Origin: the human T2T-CHM13v2.0 reference genome, Homo sapiens
Strand: one strand, 5' to 3'
DNA length: 64,000 nt
NCBI RefSeq assembly: GCF_009914755.1
Contig: NC_060926.1
Position numbers and translations under genes: made by a program. The notes under the pieces are model-generated. The model was not told the origin of the DNA and made no database searches. It saw only the letters and a program-made list of their open reading frames with translations. Each line of letters begins with the position of its first letter. The first letter of the stretch is position 1. Positions 14,141 to 27,569 of the stretch are shown piece by piece.

Positions 14141-14327
14141 CTCCCTCAAACCATTGTTAGACTCATCCAAGATTTGTGAAGTCCAGCGACAGAGCAGCTC
14201 CTTCAGTTACTGCAACTACTGTTTCATGACAGCCAGTTTTTGAAGGACTGTAGTCACTCAGGCACACAAAAAGCTCCGAACTACTGAATAACAGGATGAT
14301 ATAGAAGGATTCAGTCCAGAGACATGT
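14141..14327 (-). other. Candidate 187-nt non-coding exon
   Basis: Minus-strand acceptor tcttccaccttccccctccacag| and donor gag|gtaatg; stops in all three frames; no transcript evidence available. Confidence 0.3.
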
Positions 14328-15208
14328 CTGTGGAGGGGGAAGGTGGAAGATTAACTAGTCATACCTAGGAATAAACCTGCTAACTCATCTGGGTAGTGTA
14401 AATAGTAGATCTGGGTAGAATTACCAGCTGAAAATTACATTTTAAATATACTAATAGTAAAATATTTCCTTGCTGGTTACTCTCAGGCAAAATTTTATGC
14501 CTGCCTCATATAGTGTCAGGATGTCTCAAAATCTAAATTAAATTAAACAACACACTTGCTTTGACAGATCATGTGTTTATTCAGAAGTTTATTCAAGCCA
14601 GGAGCATGCACAAAATCTGACAGTATTCAAGGTTATAAATTTTTTTAAACCACTGTTTCAGTCAAATGTATCTAATTAAATGCTTTTGGAGATGATGATG
14701 TTAGTAAACCAGGTCAACTTTTTGACATTATTTACAGACATGCAGACGTTACTTGCTTAACAAATCAGCCCTTGAATCTTCTTGAGTCCCTGATTGATTA
14801 CGAAGGGATTACAAAGAAAATAAAATCTTGCAGAAAAAGGGAAACCCTCCTCACCTAAGAAACTGTTAACCCTGTAGGTGATACATGGGCACCTCTGGGA
14901 CAAAATCCTGAGCTACTTGTTCATTTCTTACTGAAAATTACCTTTCTGAAAGTTCCATTTCTCATTATCCTTTATGGTCAGTTCCAGTCCAACATCTTTT
15001 TCAAAGTCTGCTGAGTCCTTCAGCTCATGTTCATCTCCCTTCCCTTGGCCATTTATAGGACGAATTTTTTATTCCTCTTGATTTTGCATGTAACTTATAT
15101 ATTATCAAGACAGAAAATGCATCTCATAAAACTTAGGACTGTACCAACCACATAGCAACTACTACAAAAATGCTTTTGGAGCTTTGTGGCAACTTCACAT
15201 TGACTAGA

Positions 15209-15397
15209 ACTGTGATTCTTAAGGTGTGAGCTCTAGCCCACCAGCATGGGTATCAGCAACTTGTTAGAAATGCGAATTCATGGCCTCACTCAGATCTGCT
15301 GAATCAGAAACTCTGGGGTTAGAGCCAGTAATCTGTGTTTTAATGAGTCTTTCAGGTGATTCTGATGTATTTATATGCTCAAGCTGGAGAACTACTG
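15209..15397. mobile_element. MER5A
   Basis: cttgttagaaatgc...tgaatcagaaactctgggg...aatctgtgttttaa...ggtgattctgatg...gagaactactg. Confidence 0.9.
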
Positions 15398-17019
15398 TAC
15401 TGGGAAAATTGGCATCTATTCGGAAAAACTTGACCACCTATGAGAGCCACTGAGGCTCTTATAATAGATTCAGAGTTGTTTTATTAAAAAAAACTTCCCA
15501 AGTATATTTGCAAAGAAGTGTTTCTTGCAAAAAGTAGGCACCATAAGATTAGACATCTGAGGAAAACAATAACAACAAAACAGGAAAATGTTTCTCTAAC
15601 AAAGCAACACAGATGATATTTCCAGTTATCAGGAGAATTACTTAGCACTTACTGTCAGCACAACCACAGCCTCCTGAATTAATTCATATTCTGGGCTGAA
15701 TGAACGTGCAAAGCTTATTCCCATGGAAACTGAGCACTATACAGATTGATAGGGTTATAGAGCATATAACTGAGCTAAAGCAATTGCCAATTTTAAAAGA
15801 TTAGCATTGACAATTTAATGCAACACATTTATTTCCCAAATATCAGGAGTGTCTCATCTACATTCAAGGATAAAGGACTGTCAAAATTTGATTTAAGAAA
15901 AAATAAAAAGCCCTACTACAACACAGCTTATCATCTTTTGAGCTTGGGCCAAAATGAGGCAGAAGCTCTGTTTTCTTAATACTCCCTTAATTACAAGGAG
16001 ACTGTTTTTAACATTGGTATTAAATGGGTTGCTATGGCTTCCTGCCTGAGAGTTCAGCATGCCAAGTTTCAGTCAGGAGCAAGCTATGAATGGGCTGAAT
16101 AAGATCCTCACAAATAGGTTTCACAGCCCAAATTCCTACCACAGAGCATCCCATTAGGAAGATTCCTGGGAGGTAACAGGGAGCTGACAATGGTGCTGCC
16201 TCCCTTCACTTTCCAAGACATTCCTTCTATGGCTTCTCACTAATCGCCTTGTCCTATAGGATCCTTGTCCTGTGTAACAGAAAGCTGCTTCAAACAGAAG
16301 CGGATCTGCTGCCTGCTGCTTCCAAGCACAGAAACCATGTGGCAGTTTGTTTAGTCCTCCAATAGGTTTGTTTGTTCCTTGGGCAATTTCAGCGTTCTCA
16401 AATTTTATATATGACTGTGACCAGAAGGGAAGAAGGCAAACAAGAAGTTCAAAGCAGAGTTAACCATGCTTAGATACAGGCCCCTGTCTTTGGTAAACAA
16501 TGCAGAAAAAACTACTGGGGATTTTATCTCTGTGTTCTCAAAGATAGAAAGAACCCCAGGTAACACAACCCGCAATGGTGAAAATGAGCAAATGCAGTCC
16601 CCAGAGCCATGCGTATGTCTAATATCTATTCAGATATCCAACAAGCCTTCTGGCTTCAAAATTCTCCACTCCTCTGATCTTGTAGCTTCTCATAGGGACC
16701 AAGCCTTTGAAATTTCATGCTAGGTTTTAGTGATTTCGGTTTTTGTGAGGAAAAAAAGATATCCATAAGGAACATATGCCCGACATTTGTGGCTGTTTTT
16801 GTAAAAGCTTAGCCTTTGAGAGCTGTGGCTACTGTGTTGAAGAGCAAGCTCTGGTCGTTTCCAGAGCTTCATCATTCAGAAGTTAGGGTCAGAGCAAACT
16901 GCTGCAAAAGGCTGGGGAGGGGACCCAGACATGTTCCTGGATTCCTTTCAGGATATTTACATTTACATGCAGTTAGGCAGGATGTGTATGAGGGAGAAAT
17001 AGAGGGAGCAGAGTAAAAG

Positions 17020-17116
17020 TGGGAAAGAAAGAAAGGATGAAAAGGGAGGAGGAAGGGAAAGAATGAGAAAAACGGAAGGAAGGAAGGAAGGAAGGAAGGA
17101 AGGAAGGAAGGAAGGA

Positions 17117-17150
<34 letters not shown>

Positions 17151-17345
17151 CCAAGAAGAAAAGGGCGGCAGGGAGGAAGGGAGGGAGGGAGGGAAGGAGA
17201 AAAGAGGAATGGTAGGGAGACAGGGAGAAGGGAAAAATGGGAAAAAAGAAAAGATAAATATGTACAACTTTTATGCATCCATAAAAATAAAGAAAGAAAA
17301 AAAAAGAAAAGAGAGACGCGGAGGGAGAGAGGGAGAGAAAGAAGA
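17020..17345 (+). repeat. Polypurine tract with (GGAA)11(GGCA)8 core and GGGA repeats
   Basis: (GGAA)11 at 17074-17117 and (GGCA)8 at 17118-17149, counted directly. Confidence 0.95.
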
Positions 17346-18171
17346 GTAAACACAGCAAAGACATACTGTAAAAGAAGGAAGTGATTTTCACCATGTCTTT
17401 CATTCAGCTGTGCTGACCTGCAGGTGTAGAGAAGGTGAAGGAGTTTGTACTCTTTCTCCAAGAAGTGATCAACTCACACCTGGCAGTTTGACACAATTAC
17501 CTCACAAGCTTTAATACTCATTATCTTGGCTTCCACAGATACAATTGTTTTATGGCTCCAAGAATAATGCACTCCTTTCGGAAATCCAGCAGTCATGCCT
17601 GGGTTGGCGACCTCCTGAATCAAGGAACTGCTAACTGGCAATACTGAGTTCTAATACAGGTGGCCAACCCAAGACAATTTACTTTGCATGGGGAGTAGGT
17701 GGCTATGTAATACTGTGAAGTTACCAGTAACATTTCAATTCTGGACTGCGGCTGCCAGATATAAATGGCTTTATCATTTTGTTTGTGATTTTGCAGATGT
17801 GGTTAAAGTCACACAAAGGCTCATACCAAAGGAATATGAGCTGTTTTTTGGTTTGAGACCCAGTACCAAATTGGTAAAATGAGCCAGCTTTCAGTAAGAA
17901 GTTTTTATTATGTGGACATGAGATAAATATTTAACTTGCAAAGCTTACTTGCACGTTAAACGTCTATCACAGAAAAGGGAAATACCCAAGTCTTTCTGTC
18001 TCAGTCATCTGTGGGTTCTAAAAATGCACAAACTAGATGGAACATCATAAACACATTTTCAAAAGGCCATGCAAAAAAACCAACACCAGGTGGACACATC
18101 TTCTTGCCACCTCATCAGCGGGCATACCACATAAACCAGACCAGACTCAATGCTGAAGAAAAGTGACATAA

Positions 18172-18565
<394 letters not shown>

Positions 18566-19689
18566 TCAAATAGTTTCTCTGATTATTCACAAGGATTTAG
18601 AAGAGCAAGCACTGTAAACACTTCCAAGTCTGGGCTTGATTACCTAGAAATGTATCTAGAATGCATTCTATCATTTAATCTAAAATCTGAGTCATCTTGA
18701 GGGGAAAACACAGAATCTTATAAAAAGGATAAACTGCTTTTAAGAACGTGGATGTCTGATTTTGGATTTGCAAAGCAATGCCAATTACAAGTGATCTATT
18801 TGTTTGGAAAAACACACTGAGGATAAATTCTATTAGTAATTAATTCAACAATAATATGAATTTGAAAAGATGCATGCTCCGCTCTCTAAAAAAGAAATCA
18901 GTCAGAAAGTCTACCTCAAATCTGCCAAATCAATGAGGTTTTATCCCTCTGAAGTTCACAGAATTGTAACTTTTGACAAACTTTACCTTCTAACTTACAA
19001 CTCAAGCGTGCTCATCACACCAGAGACACTGCTCCAATAACACGTGTCTTTCTGCTGCAGCATTTTGGAAAACTGAAGACTTCTGAGGGACAAAGCACAT
19101 GGGAGGTCTGCTAACCAGACATGGCAATAATTAATCTCAAATACCAAAATTACAACTGTAATGACCACGTCCTAAAGAGGCAACAGTGGCCTCAGCAAAA
19201 CAGCACCCCTAAATTGATTGTAAAGTTAACAGAGCAGCTTTGGGCAAAGTGGGGAGTTCAAACATTAAAGTAGGATTACAAATTAATTTTTTAAATTTAT
19301 CTTGACACACTTGAAAGAAATTTAAGCAAATATCTCATTTTTAGACAGCAGTATAAACAATCTATATTGAATTTTCTTCAGGATCATCTTTATACGTAAG
19401 TTTATTGGGATAGTGATGTACTTGTGACAGATTTCTTTCCCTATAAAATATCTCTCTTCACTAATAACTGATGCCTGCAATTCCATCATAGACATTTCCA
19501 TTATTCCTTACTTAAATACAACACAGGGAAGGGGTCCCTATGCTTGATTAATCCTTGTAACACCATCTCTAGAGCTGTACTGGGAACACTTTGATGGCTG
19601 GAACCTTGTGTTTTCCTTCTTCGTTAGTATTCCCTGCAGGACCTCATCCTGTGCTAGGCGCTTGATACCACAGAATCATTCAGCTCCAA

Positions 19690-19830
19690 GGAACTGGACA
19701 GATCGCTGGGCTCCGTCCTTTGATTACAAAGACAAGAAGGTACAGCTGAAACTCAGAAGAAAACTGAGACTTCTCTGGAGTGACTCAGCCAATTAGTGAC
19801 AAACCTGGGACCAGACGTGTGGAGCCCATA
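19690..19830 (-). mobile_element. MIR fragment
   Basis: gaaaactgagact...agtgact...aattagtgacaaacctggga. Confidence 0.45.
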
Positions 19831-19844
19831 GACAGAAAAATTTA

Positions 19845-20010
19845 CCCGTCAAGCATTTACTGAGCTCTGCTGTGCACTGGGCATTGTACTATAAGCTGAG
19901 GACATGGAATGATAACTACAAATACATTGTCCTGCAGAAGCTTGTGATCTAAATGAGTTGGCTAGACTCATACACCAATGATCACAGCAAATCTACCTAA
20001 GTGCCATTAT
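19845..20010 (-). mobile_element. L2 fragment
   Basis: caagcatttactgagc...gggcattgtactataagctgaggac. Confidence 0.6.
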
Positions 20011-20714
20011 AAAATTGAGTCCTTAATTAGCCCTGTTGATTCAATCTAGGGAAGCTTAGCAATTGAGACATAGAAATGATTTCTTTTGGAAGATTTCACC
20101 TAAAAAAAAGTACTGGAACTTAGATTCCACAGACAGGTCTTTAGCTGAGATTCCAGCAATTTCGAGTTAACTTTACTAATCAGAATATTTTATTTGCATT
20201 TATAGATGTGAATGAAGAGCTCATACATTTTAGTCATATACTCAAAATTAAAGTCGTGTTCATTCATTTTTCAGTCAATGTGTTAGTTAGGTGTGTATAC
20301 AAAGAATGCAGACAGAAATCCTGATTTGATTCGTTCTTCTGTTCGGATCTAACTAGTTAATATTAACAAGAGCTAAGCTATTAACTTTTCTAAAGGATTA
20401 ATTTGTACATTCTCTTGGATGATGGTGAATCTCATTCAAGTGAGAAACCTTACTCTATTCAATTTTTCATGAATTCTCTCAAATAATTGGTTTCAAGAAA
20501 TAGCACTACACAACATCTTATCATTTTCTAGTCCTCCTGGGAATTCCTAAATCATGTGACAAGGACACTAATCACAAAATTCAACAGGGAAGTGGTAGTA
20601 ACATGAAATACTCAACATGTAGTCTTTGCTTTATAGGAGCCTCCAGGCTCCGTAGATCCTTGAGTGTCCATTCGCCTCGCTTGCTGTGATAATTTCCCGT
20701 GACTGCTACTTTGG

Positions 20715-20740
20715 TGATCCTTATATAAGCCCAGAAGAAA
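20715..20740 (+). repeat. 26-bp sequence identical to 22013-22038
   Basis: tgatccttatataagcccagaagaaa at both sites. Confidence 0.95.
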
Positions 20741-21094
20741 GTCTTGGGTTTCCCCAGTATCTCAAGACTCCACCTCTGTCCCTGTCTGGCTAGTTTGCTC
20801 ATATCTGCATCTGGTTTATATGTGCCTCTACTCAAATCTTCTAGATTTATCTAGTTTCAGAGATAGGGAAGAAATGCCATGCTTGGCTTGTGATCTGACA
20901 TGACAGTGACCCTTTGCTACCTCTTCTCCATGCAGACGTTATGGGCCATGGGTTCTTTTTTACTCTGTACCTCCACACGAATGGTGGCTGATTTCCAAGG
21001 GGCTGAAAGAGTGGAGAGAACATTGGATCAAAGGCAGCCCTCTAGTGTGTGTGGTGGTGGTGTTTGATGACTTTTCTCCTTCCTTTGGCCAAAT

Positions 21095-21135
21095 ACAATA
21101 GATAGATAGATATGGATATAGAAATATAGATATCT
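21095..21135. repeat. Degenerate (GATA)/(GATATA) repeat
   Basis: atagatagatagatatggatatagaaatatagatat. Confidence 0.7.
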
Positions 21136-21409
21136 CACTGCTTGTCCTGAGATTCATCCCAGTCTTAAAATCTATTCAGTCTTCTACCCTCTTTCCTCTG
21201 TATGCCATATGTCTACATCATATCCTTGATATTCATAAAAGGTCAAAGCAGATAAAGACTCAGGACCCAGCCCTCCCTCATGCCGTGAGCCTCTGTGCCT
21301 TCCACCCCGGTGACTCCCACAGGGGCACACACCACAGCTATGACAGAAGCACTGCAGACTTTTCAAGAAAAACGCATTTTAAAGAATAGTAATAGTTTCA
21401 AGATTTTAA

Positions 21410-21482
21410 TAGAAGCACAGTACTTCGGAAATGAGGCGTTCAATGAACGTGTGATGAATGAAAGAATGAATGAATGAATGAG
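21410..21482 (+). mobile_element. L2 tail
   Basis: agcacagtac...caatgaa...(gaat)n tail. Confidence 0.55.
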
Positions 21483-21819
21483 TGGCAAGCTTCCAAGTGT
21501 GCCTGGGGAGTGAGGTGGCTCCCTGCAGAGGAGGGACTTGGATGGAAGTTGGCCCCTTTCCCTTGCTCTATGTTGCGATGGTAGGCATCTGAAACGATCC
21601 TAGGTCACATCCAGTTGGGTGAGCCTACTTCTGGCATCTGAGAGTGGACAGAAACAATTTCAGCTCTCAGGGGTGAGCCAGTTTAGGTGAGCCAGTTAGG
21701 TTAATCAAGAGTGTGTATGGTTTATCCACAGCACTTACTGGAATAGAGCTTTACTTGGTAGTAAACCCAGTCCCACCAGCAACAACCCTTGGTTTTTATC
21801 TTATTATAGTGACTGTTAT

Positions 21820-21930
21820 TCATTTCTTCCTTTACTCAGTCATTCATGGAACACCTTGGAATGCTCCTTTCTGCTCAACTGTACTGGGGGTATAACTGTG
21901 AACGAGTCAAAGCTCCTGTTCCCATTTAAG
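21820..21930 (-). mobile_element. L2 fragment
   Basis: ttcatttcttcctttactcagtcattca...ctgggggtata..gtgaac. Confidence 0.5.
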
Positions 21931-21984
21931 TTCTCAAATGATCACAGTTCTTACTGTTCTGGAGTATGACTTTTAACTTTCTCA

Positions 21985-22105
21985 AACAATTGCTTTTGGC
22001 TCTTGCCTCATCTGATCCTTATATAAGCCCAGAAGAAAACAGAGGCTCAGAAGAGGTTAAAGATTTTGAGGGTAGCACATGGCTAATTAGTAGCAGAGCT
22101 GGGTC
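21985..22105 (-). mobile_element. Internally deleted MIR
   Basis: ctcatctgatcctt...aacagaggctcagaagaggttaa...cacatggctaattagtagcagagctggg. Confidence 0.7.
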
Positions 22106-23249
22106 TTTTTTTATGACATGGAGAGCTATACATAGTTTCTATTAGCCAGTTTCATTTTCCTTTCAACAGAAGCCCTGCAGCAACACACTTATCAACATGG
22201 GCAGTGATCTTTGGTTGGACCTTCTCTGGGCAAAGGACTTTGGACACCAAATATGCTTTCTGTAACAACCACTACACCCAATTTTCCAATTTTTCATGGG
22301 GATCCGGTAACCATATAGGAAAAAGGAGGAACCATCTTCCTGCTCCTATTATACTAAGACTCATCCTACTTAATTCCTCATTTAAAACAAGAACTTTTGT
22401 TATTTCCAAACAATATTCAATTACCAAAGAGTTTCTCTGGATTAATTGCAGGACGTCACTCTCCTTTAGGATAGAGCACATTGTCCATCAGCCCCACCAA
22501 ATCAGTCAAGAGTGAAGAAGGAAGATATTGCCAGGGAGGAACCAAGGCCTAGGAGCCCTAGCTGTCACTCTCCTCCTCCTCCTCTGAATAGAAACTCCCT
22601 CTGGGCACAAGAACGGGCTCTCCAAGACCTTCAGGGCTCCTGGGAAAAGTGCTTAAATCCACAATACCCTCTGTGATCTGTTTTCCATTTGCAGAGGGAA
22701 AAAAAAAGTCTAATGTTGGAGGTTTAGCTCCATGGGAAACTACAACTGCAAATTGAATTTTTGAAAATTAAATCCAATTTAAAATGCATTAAAAACTATT
22801 TAAAGCAATCTTCTGGTGAGTCCTTGGTTATATGAGGAATCTTTCTGGGAAGAAGAAAAGGCAATCCCTGGTGTATCTGTTGTATAAATCTGGGTTTACA
22901 CCAGTAGAACCTTCTTAAAACAAGGTTTGGGGGCCTGAACTGCAAAGGGGTGAAGGCTGGCACCCCTGTCCAGCACTTTAGGATCCTCATTGGATGTCTC
23001 ATCAAAGCACAGAGGAAGGTTTCTTTGCACAAGAGAGATTAAGTTGCTATTTAAATCAAAGGACCCCAAGCAGAGGGGGGACATGTTTGAGAAGAGCAAC
23101 TGTAAAATAGCCACTGAAGCTATGGCACTGAACCCTAAGGAAGATGGTACCTGGGAGTAACCAACCCATCACCATAGGAAAGGAAAACCACGCAGCTCCT
23201 CTCAACTCTGAAACGTGCATGAGATATGTGTGGATGGTGCAAATATTAG

Positions 23250-23465
23250 CAACATGAGCTTTGCAGCAAGACAGACCTTGCTGTTTACAAGTCCTATGAC
23301 TTTGAACAAGTTATTTAATTCTTGAGCCTCAGTTTCTTCATCTGTACAATGAAGATATGATAGTGCCTCACTGTAGAGTTGTTGTGAAAATTAAATGAGC
23401 TAATACAAATTAAAAGTTTCAGTCCAGTGCTCTACTGTAATGTTAGTTGCCACATTATCATCATC
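23250..23465 (+). mobile_element. MIR
   Basis: tgactttgaacaagttatttaa...gagcctcagtttcttcatctgtacaatg...gttgtgaaaattaaatgag. Confidence 0.85.
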
Positions 23466-24899
23466 AATTCTACTAATTTAAATGAGAATGAAAAACCATA
23501 TGGAATATTCTGAGGCCTTCTGGTTATTCAATAACATCATCATCATTATTTCATACAAATTGAGGGGGGTGTTTAATTGGCCCCACTCTTTCCATCCCAG
23601 AATTCCGAGTTCTATTTATGTCAAGCTACTCTGTCCTGAACAACCTGCTGGATATTGGCCTATTTCCCTTCATCAGAACACACTTGTTCTGTGCCTCATT
23701 CTCTCAAAGTCCTTTCTCAACCAGATGATAATTGGACAAACTGATTCCATTTATGTCCAGCCTTCCAGGTGACATACTATAGCTCAGTTTAGCACTTAAA
23801 AATTAACTTTAATTCTAGAATTTCTGTACCATTCAGCACATGCATTTAAGGTAGCAATGTACCAGAGCTGAGGATTAGGCCCAAATTAGAAGCAGGCTGA
23901 AAATACTATAAGAGAACCCTGATGTTTCTGCCTGATTCAAGTTACACTGACTTCCAATCATGCATTTTATCTTTTGGCATGCTTATGTAGGTGGCCAATA
24001 AATGTTACCTTTGGTGATAATAAAACAAAAGCCAAACTTTCATAAGCTAGAATATCCAAAAGACCATTGTCTGCATTCTTGGCAGCAGCCAGATAGCCAG
24101 TTTTCCCAAGTCAGCAGCCTCTGAGGAGGCTGGCGAGGGGCCAGTTCCCAGGGTTGGTGCATTCCTGGGGCCTGGCAAGAGGCCACTGGGACCCTGTTTC
24201 CTCTTTCCTTCTCTCTATGTAGTGGAAAAATGTTCCCATTTTGACCCCTCTGAGTCTTTTTTCCCCCTATCGGAGCAAAGGCAGTCAGATGGGAAATGTT
24301 CCCCAGTTCCCTCCCAAAACTCATCTCCCACTGCTCTAAGCTGGCAGAGCTTAAAGCAATTGAAGGCATAAGACAAACAAAGGAGGGTTCCTCAGGCCAG
24401 TCATCCAGCCTGATTCTATCAGGAGCATGGTGCCTGGAGCAAGGAGAACCAGTGGGACCTTGTGCACAGGGAGTCATTGTACCTGTGCTTGGAAGACTAT
24501 GGGCACTTCTGGAAGCTTTTGGAATAAAATTACCTGTTATAAATAGACACTGGCTGGGTTTCAGGGTTGAGAGCAAGAGGCCAAGATTTCCAGAAAAATA
24601 GAATGCTCCATATAAGAGGGTCTGGTGTACAGCTCATTAATAGGGGACTGCTGAGCAATTGAACTAAGAAGAAAGGAATTTGAGGTTGGTCAGACATGAC
24701 CTGTAGTAAACACCTGGGTAAACATTTCTGGCAGATAACATCATGGATATGCTATTCCACTTTTAAACATCATATATATATATATGTAAACCAAACATTA
24801 AAAAAAATCTTTTCTGAATGCTTCCTTCCATGTACAGACAAAGAAAGCTGCCATCTGGAACGGCCACATCAGCTGGTCCACATGTTTCCAGGGTAGAGA

Positions 24900-25130
24900 A
24901 GTCTGCATGCCAGGCATGGTACTGCATGCCCTATTTGTGTTGTGAGTCCTTTCCCTAAATTCACTCAACAACCCTTTGAATAAGAGACGATCACCTCTAC
25001 TAATAGATGAGAACACGGAGGCTCAGAGAAGGCAGGTGACATGGCCAAACTCACACAGGCAGTAGGAGGCAGGTTGGGATTCAAATCCAGTTCAGCCTCA
25101 TTCTCCAGCCAACTCATGCTCTCTCCACTG
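24900..25130 (-). mobile_element. MIR
   Basis: atagatgagaacacggaggctcagagaagg...gggattcaaatccag. Confidence 0.8.
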
Positions 25131-25774
25131 CATTACAGGGCATCTATTTCCACTGTGCCCTTTAAAATTAGTGCTTTGCACACAGCAAGTTCTTAATACA
25201 GCTTTCTTCCTGAGGCTGCCACTGCTACTTCTATATTTGATAGAAATTTTGGAGTTTAGCAGATAGGAGCTGCACCGCTCTCGTCATAACAATGTATTTC
25301 CTTTGCATAGGGTGCCACAGCCTCCAAAACAATTCCTTGTTCTTTATTTCACTTAATGACAACATCCCTCATCATAGTGTCCCACCATTGAAGACACAGA
25401 TATTCAGAGAGTTTAAGAAATGTGCTAAAGGCCACACATCTACCAAACATTTCAACTCCAGCTCTAGTCTAAGGACTTACGCAGTTCTAATGCAGTGATC
25501 GATCCACTAGACCACCCTCCCTGCACCTCAGCATCACACAACTTTTATCAGGACTGTTGAAGAGAACACCATGTCACTGGTTACATGGAACTTGTGTTCT
25601 GAAGGTGCCACATCAAATTGTCTGGTGAAACCAAATTGACAAGTCCAAGGGAATAGACTGGAAAACAACACACAAAAATCTATTTCAAATAAAATATTAA
25701 AAATGGGCTAGTGTTTTCTCAGCCCAGAAATGTGAGAAGAGATGGTGGCAGAGTATATTATTTTATAGAGTCAA

Positions 25775-26232
25775 TGTGCTGGATACACTCGTTTGGCCTC
25801 TCCAAATCTACCCTTCACCCTTCCCTGCCCTGGTCTGGGCCCAGAGCACTCTATGGGCCCCATTCCCTCTGGCTTCCAATTGGGTTCAGCCAGTGGAGGC
25901 ACCAACAGGGGACAAGACAGTGTGAGGAGAATGAAGTGGGAGTGTTCATGTCCCGATCCCCTTGCTGCAGGGCCAGCACGGTTGGCCATATCCCTCCACC
26001 TAAGTGGCATTTCCCGCCAAATGGTTCACTCCTTATAGCCACATGGTTCTATAGCCACTTTCTAGGCCTAGTGGCAATGACTCCCCACTGTTTCTAGCTG
26101 CAGGAGGCTCCATTATTATCTTGTTGCACTTTCTATATCCTGCCACCCCTTTTAAAGAGGCCCTTTATTAAACTCTCCTCCAGTACCTGGCATGAGTGTG
26201 CAATGTGTCTCCTTCCCAGACTTTGATGCAGT
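25775..26232 (+). mobile_element. LTR33 (ERVL) solo LTR
   Basis: ccctctggcttccaattgggttcagcc...ccctttattaaactctcctc...tgagtgtgc. Confidence 0.8.
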
Positions 26233-27569
26233 AAACAATAAAACAATATTACTGATTTTGTCTTTGTAGACAAATGATGGGAAGTTACTCAAATCCTCTA
26301 AGAGGATGAGAAAGGCTAACTACTTTAGACCAGGCTCTCTCTTTCAGTCACTTCCTTCTCACCACACCTCACCAAACAGAAATTAGGTCAGATATCCTGC
26401 CTCAGGGACCTACCAAACTGGGCCCAGGAGATCTCCACATAGCTACCTACCACACCCACAGTCTAGCCCGGAGTCTACTCCGGGAGGAAGGCAGGACACC
26501 ACTGGCCTCATCCCAGTCTGTCTAGTTGGTGCCTTCACAGATTTCACTCTCAGCGTTCACCAACCCAAGCTGGATCACTGCCAGCCTCATGGCCACTCCA
26601 TCTCCAAAAACGGCAGGCCTCTGCAAACAGCTCCTCCTCACAGAAAGGCCAACAGCCCTTGAGCCTACTTATCTGCCGGCTCTGACAGATGGACCCCAGA
26701 ATTCACCAAACCAAATGATTTTATTTCCCTCTACACATCTATGTGCATGAGAGCAGTCAACGAATTAATTGCATTAGGAAACCTACCAAGCTGAAAACAA
26801 CTGCTTAAAACCAAGAACCAAAAAGGTGCGGAAAGACAGAAGGCAAGCAAACCTCAGGGGCATATTCGGAAATGGACAATTATGATCCATTAAGCCTGGT
26901 TAAGAAACTGAAATTTATGAGGAAGAAACATCTGGAACTGCCTGGCATGTAAAGAAACCAGGAGGAACCACTTTTTGGGCTTAGAGGGAGCAGGCCAGAC
27001 AAATAGGATTCCATGTTAGGAGAGAATTGCAAAATTAGTGTATAAAAGGACAGAATGGAGGCAGTGCCTCTGGTGTTAACTGAAGCGTTTGAATATGATG
27101 GCTCCTGGATTTCCTTTTGAAATATTAATTGAAATTGGGCTGGAGATGAGGGCTGCATGAAAACTGGCAGAAAGATCATAAATACTGGTTAAAGTGAGCC
27201 AGAGGAATGGAACATGGCAATGCAACACGAAGTAATGAGAAATACTGCTCCATTCATGGCCATGAACCCTATGGATGTCTAATAAATATTAATTGATAAA
27301 AATGAACTATACTGCTGAGTGGTAAATTAGTGTAAGATACCTAGGCTGCTGAAATACAGCTAATATATATACAGTTTGTACAGCATACACCGATCAATGA
27401 ATGAGAAGAAAAGATATGAAAATGATTTAGCTATGTGATGCATTTTGCCTTGCACCAGGAATTAGGGGTAAGAGAATGTTAATAGAGGAGTCAGGAGGGG
27501 TGGTCAGAGGGGGCAAGAGGAAAGTTAGGACAATAATTCAAGATTATAGTAGACCTTGCTTAGGGTCTT

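Noticed and set aside
16872-17461. Three long overlapping ORFs (also 45500-45786)
   Set aside because: Stop-free translation of GGAA/GGCA repeats
24040-24576. Longest ORF (178 aa, minus strand) and the overlapping 101-aa plus ORF
   Set aside because: No recognisable domain, non-ATG start, non-coding-like composition; consistent with a chance ORF
26467-26484. Inverted repeat cccggagt-ct-actccggg (also palindrome tagaatgcattcta near 18657)
   Set aside because: Short, isolated and within chance expectation
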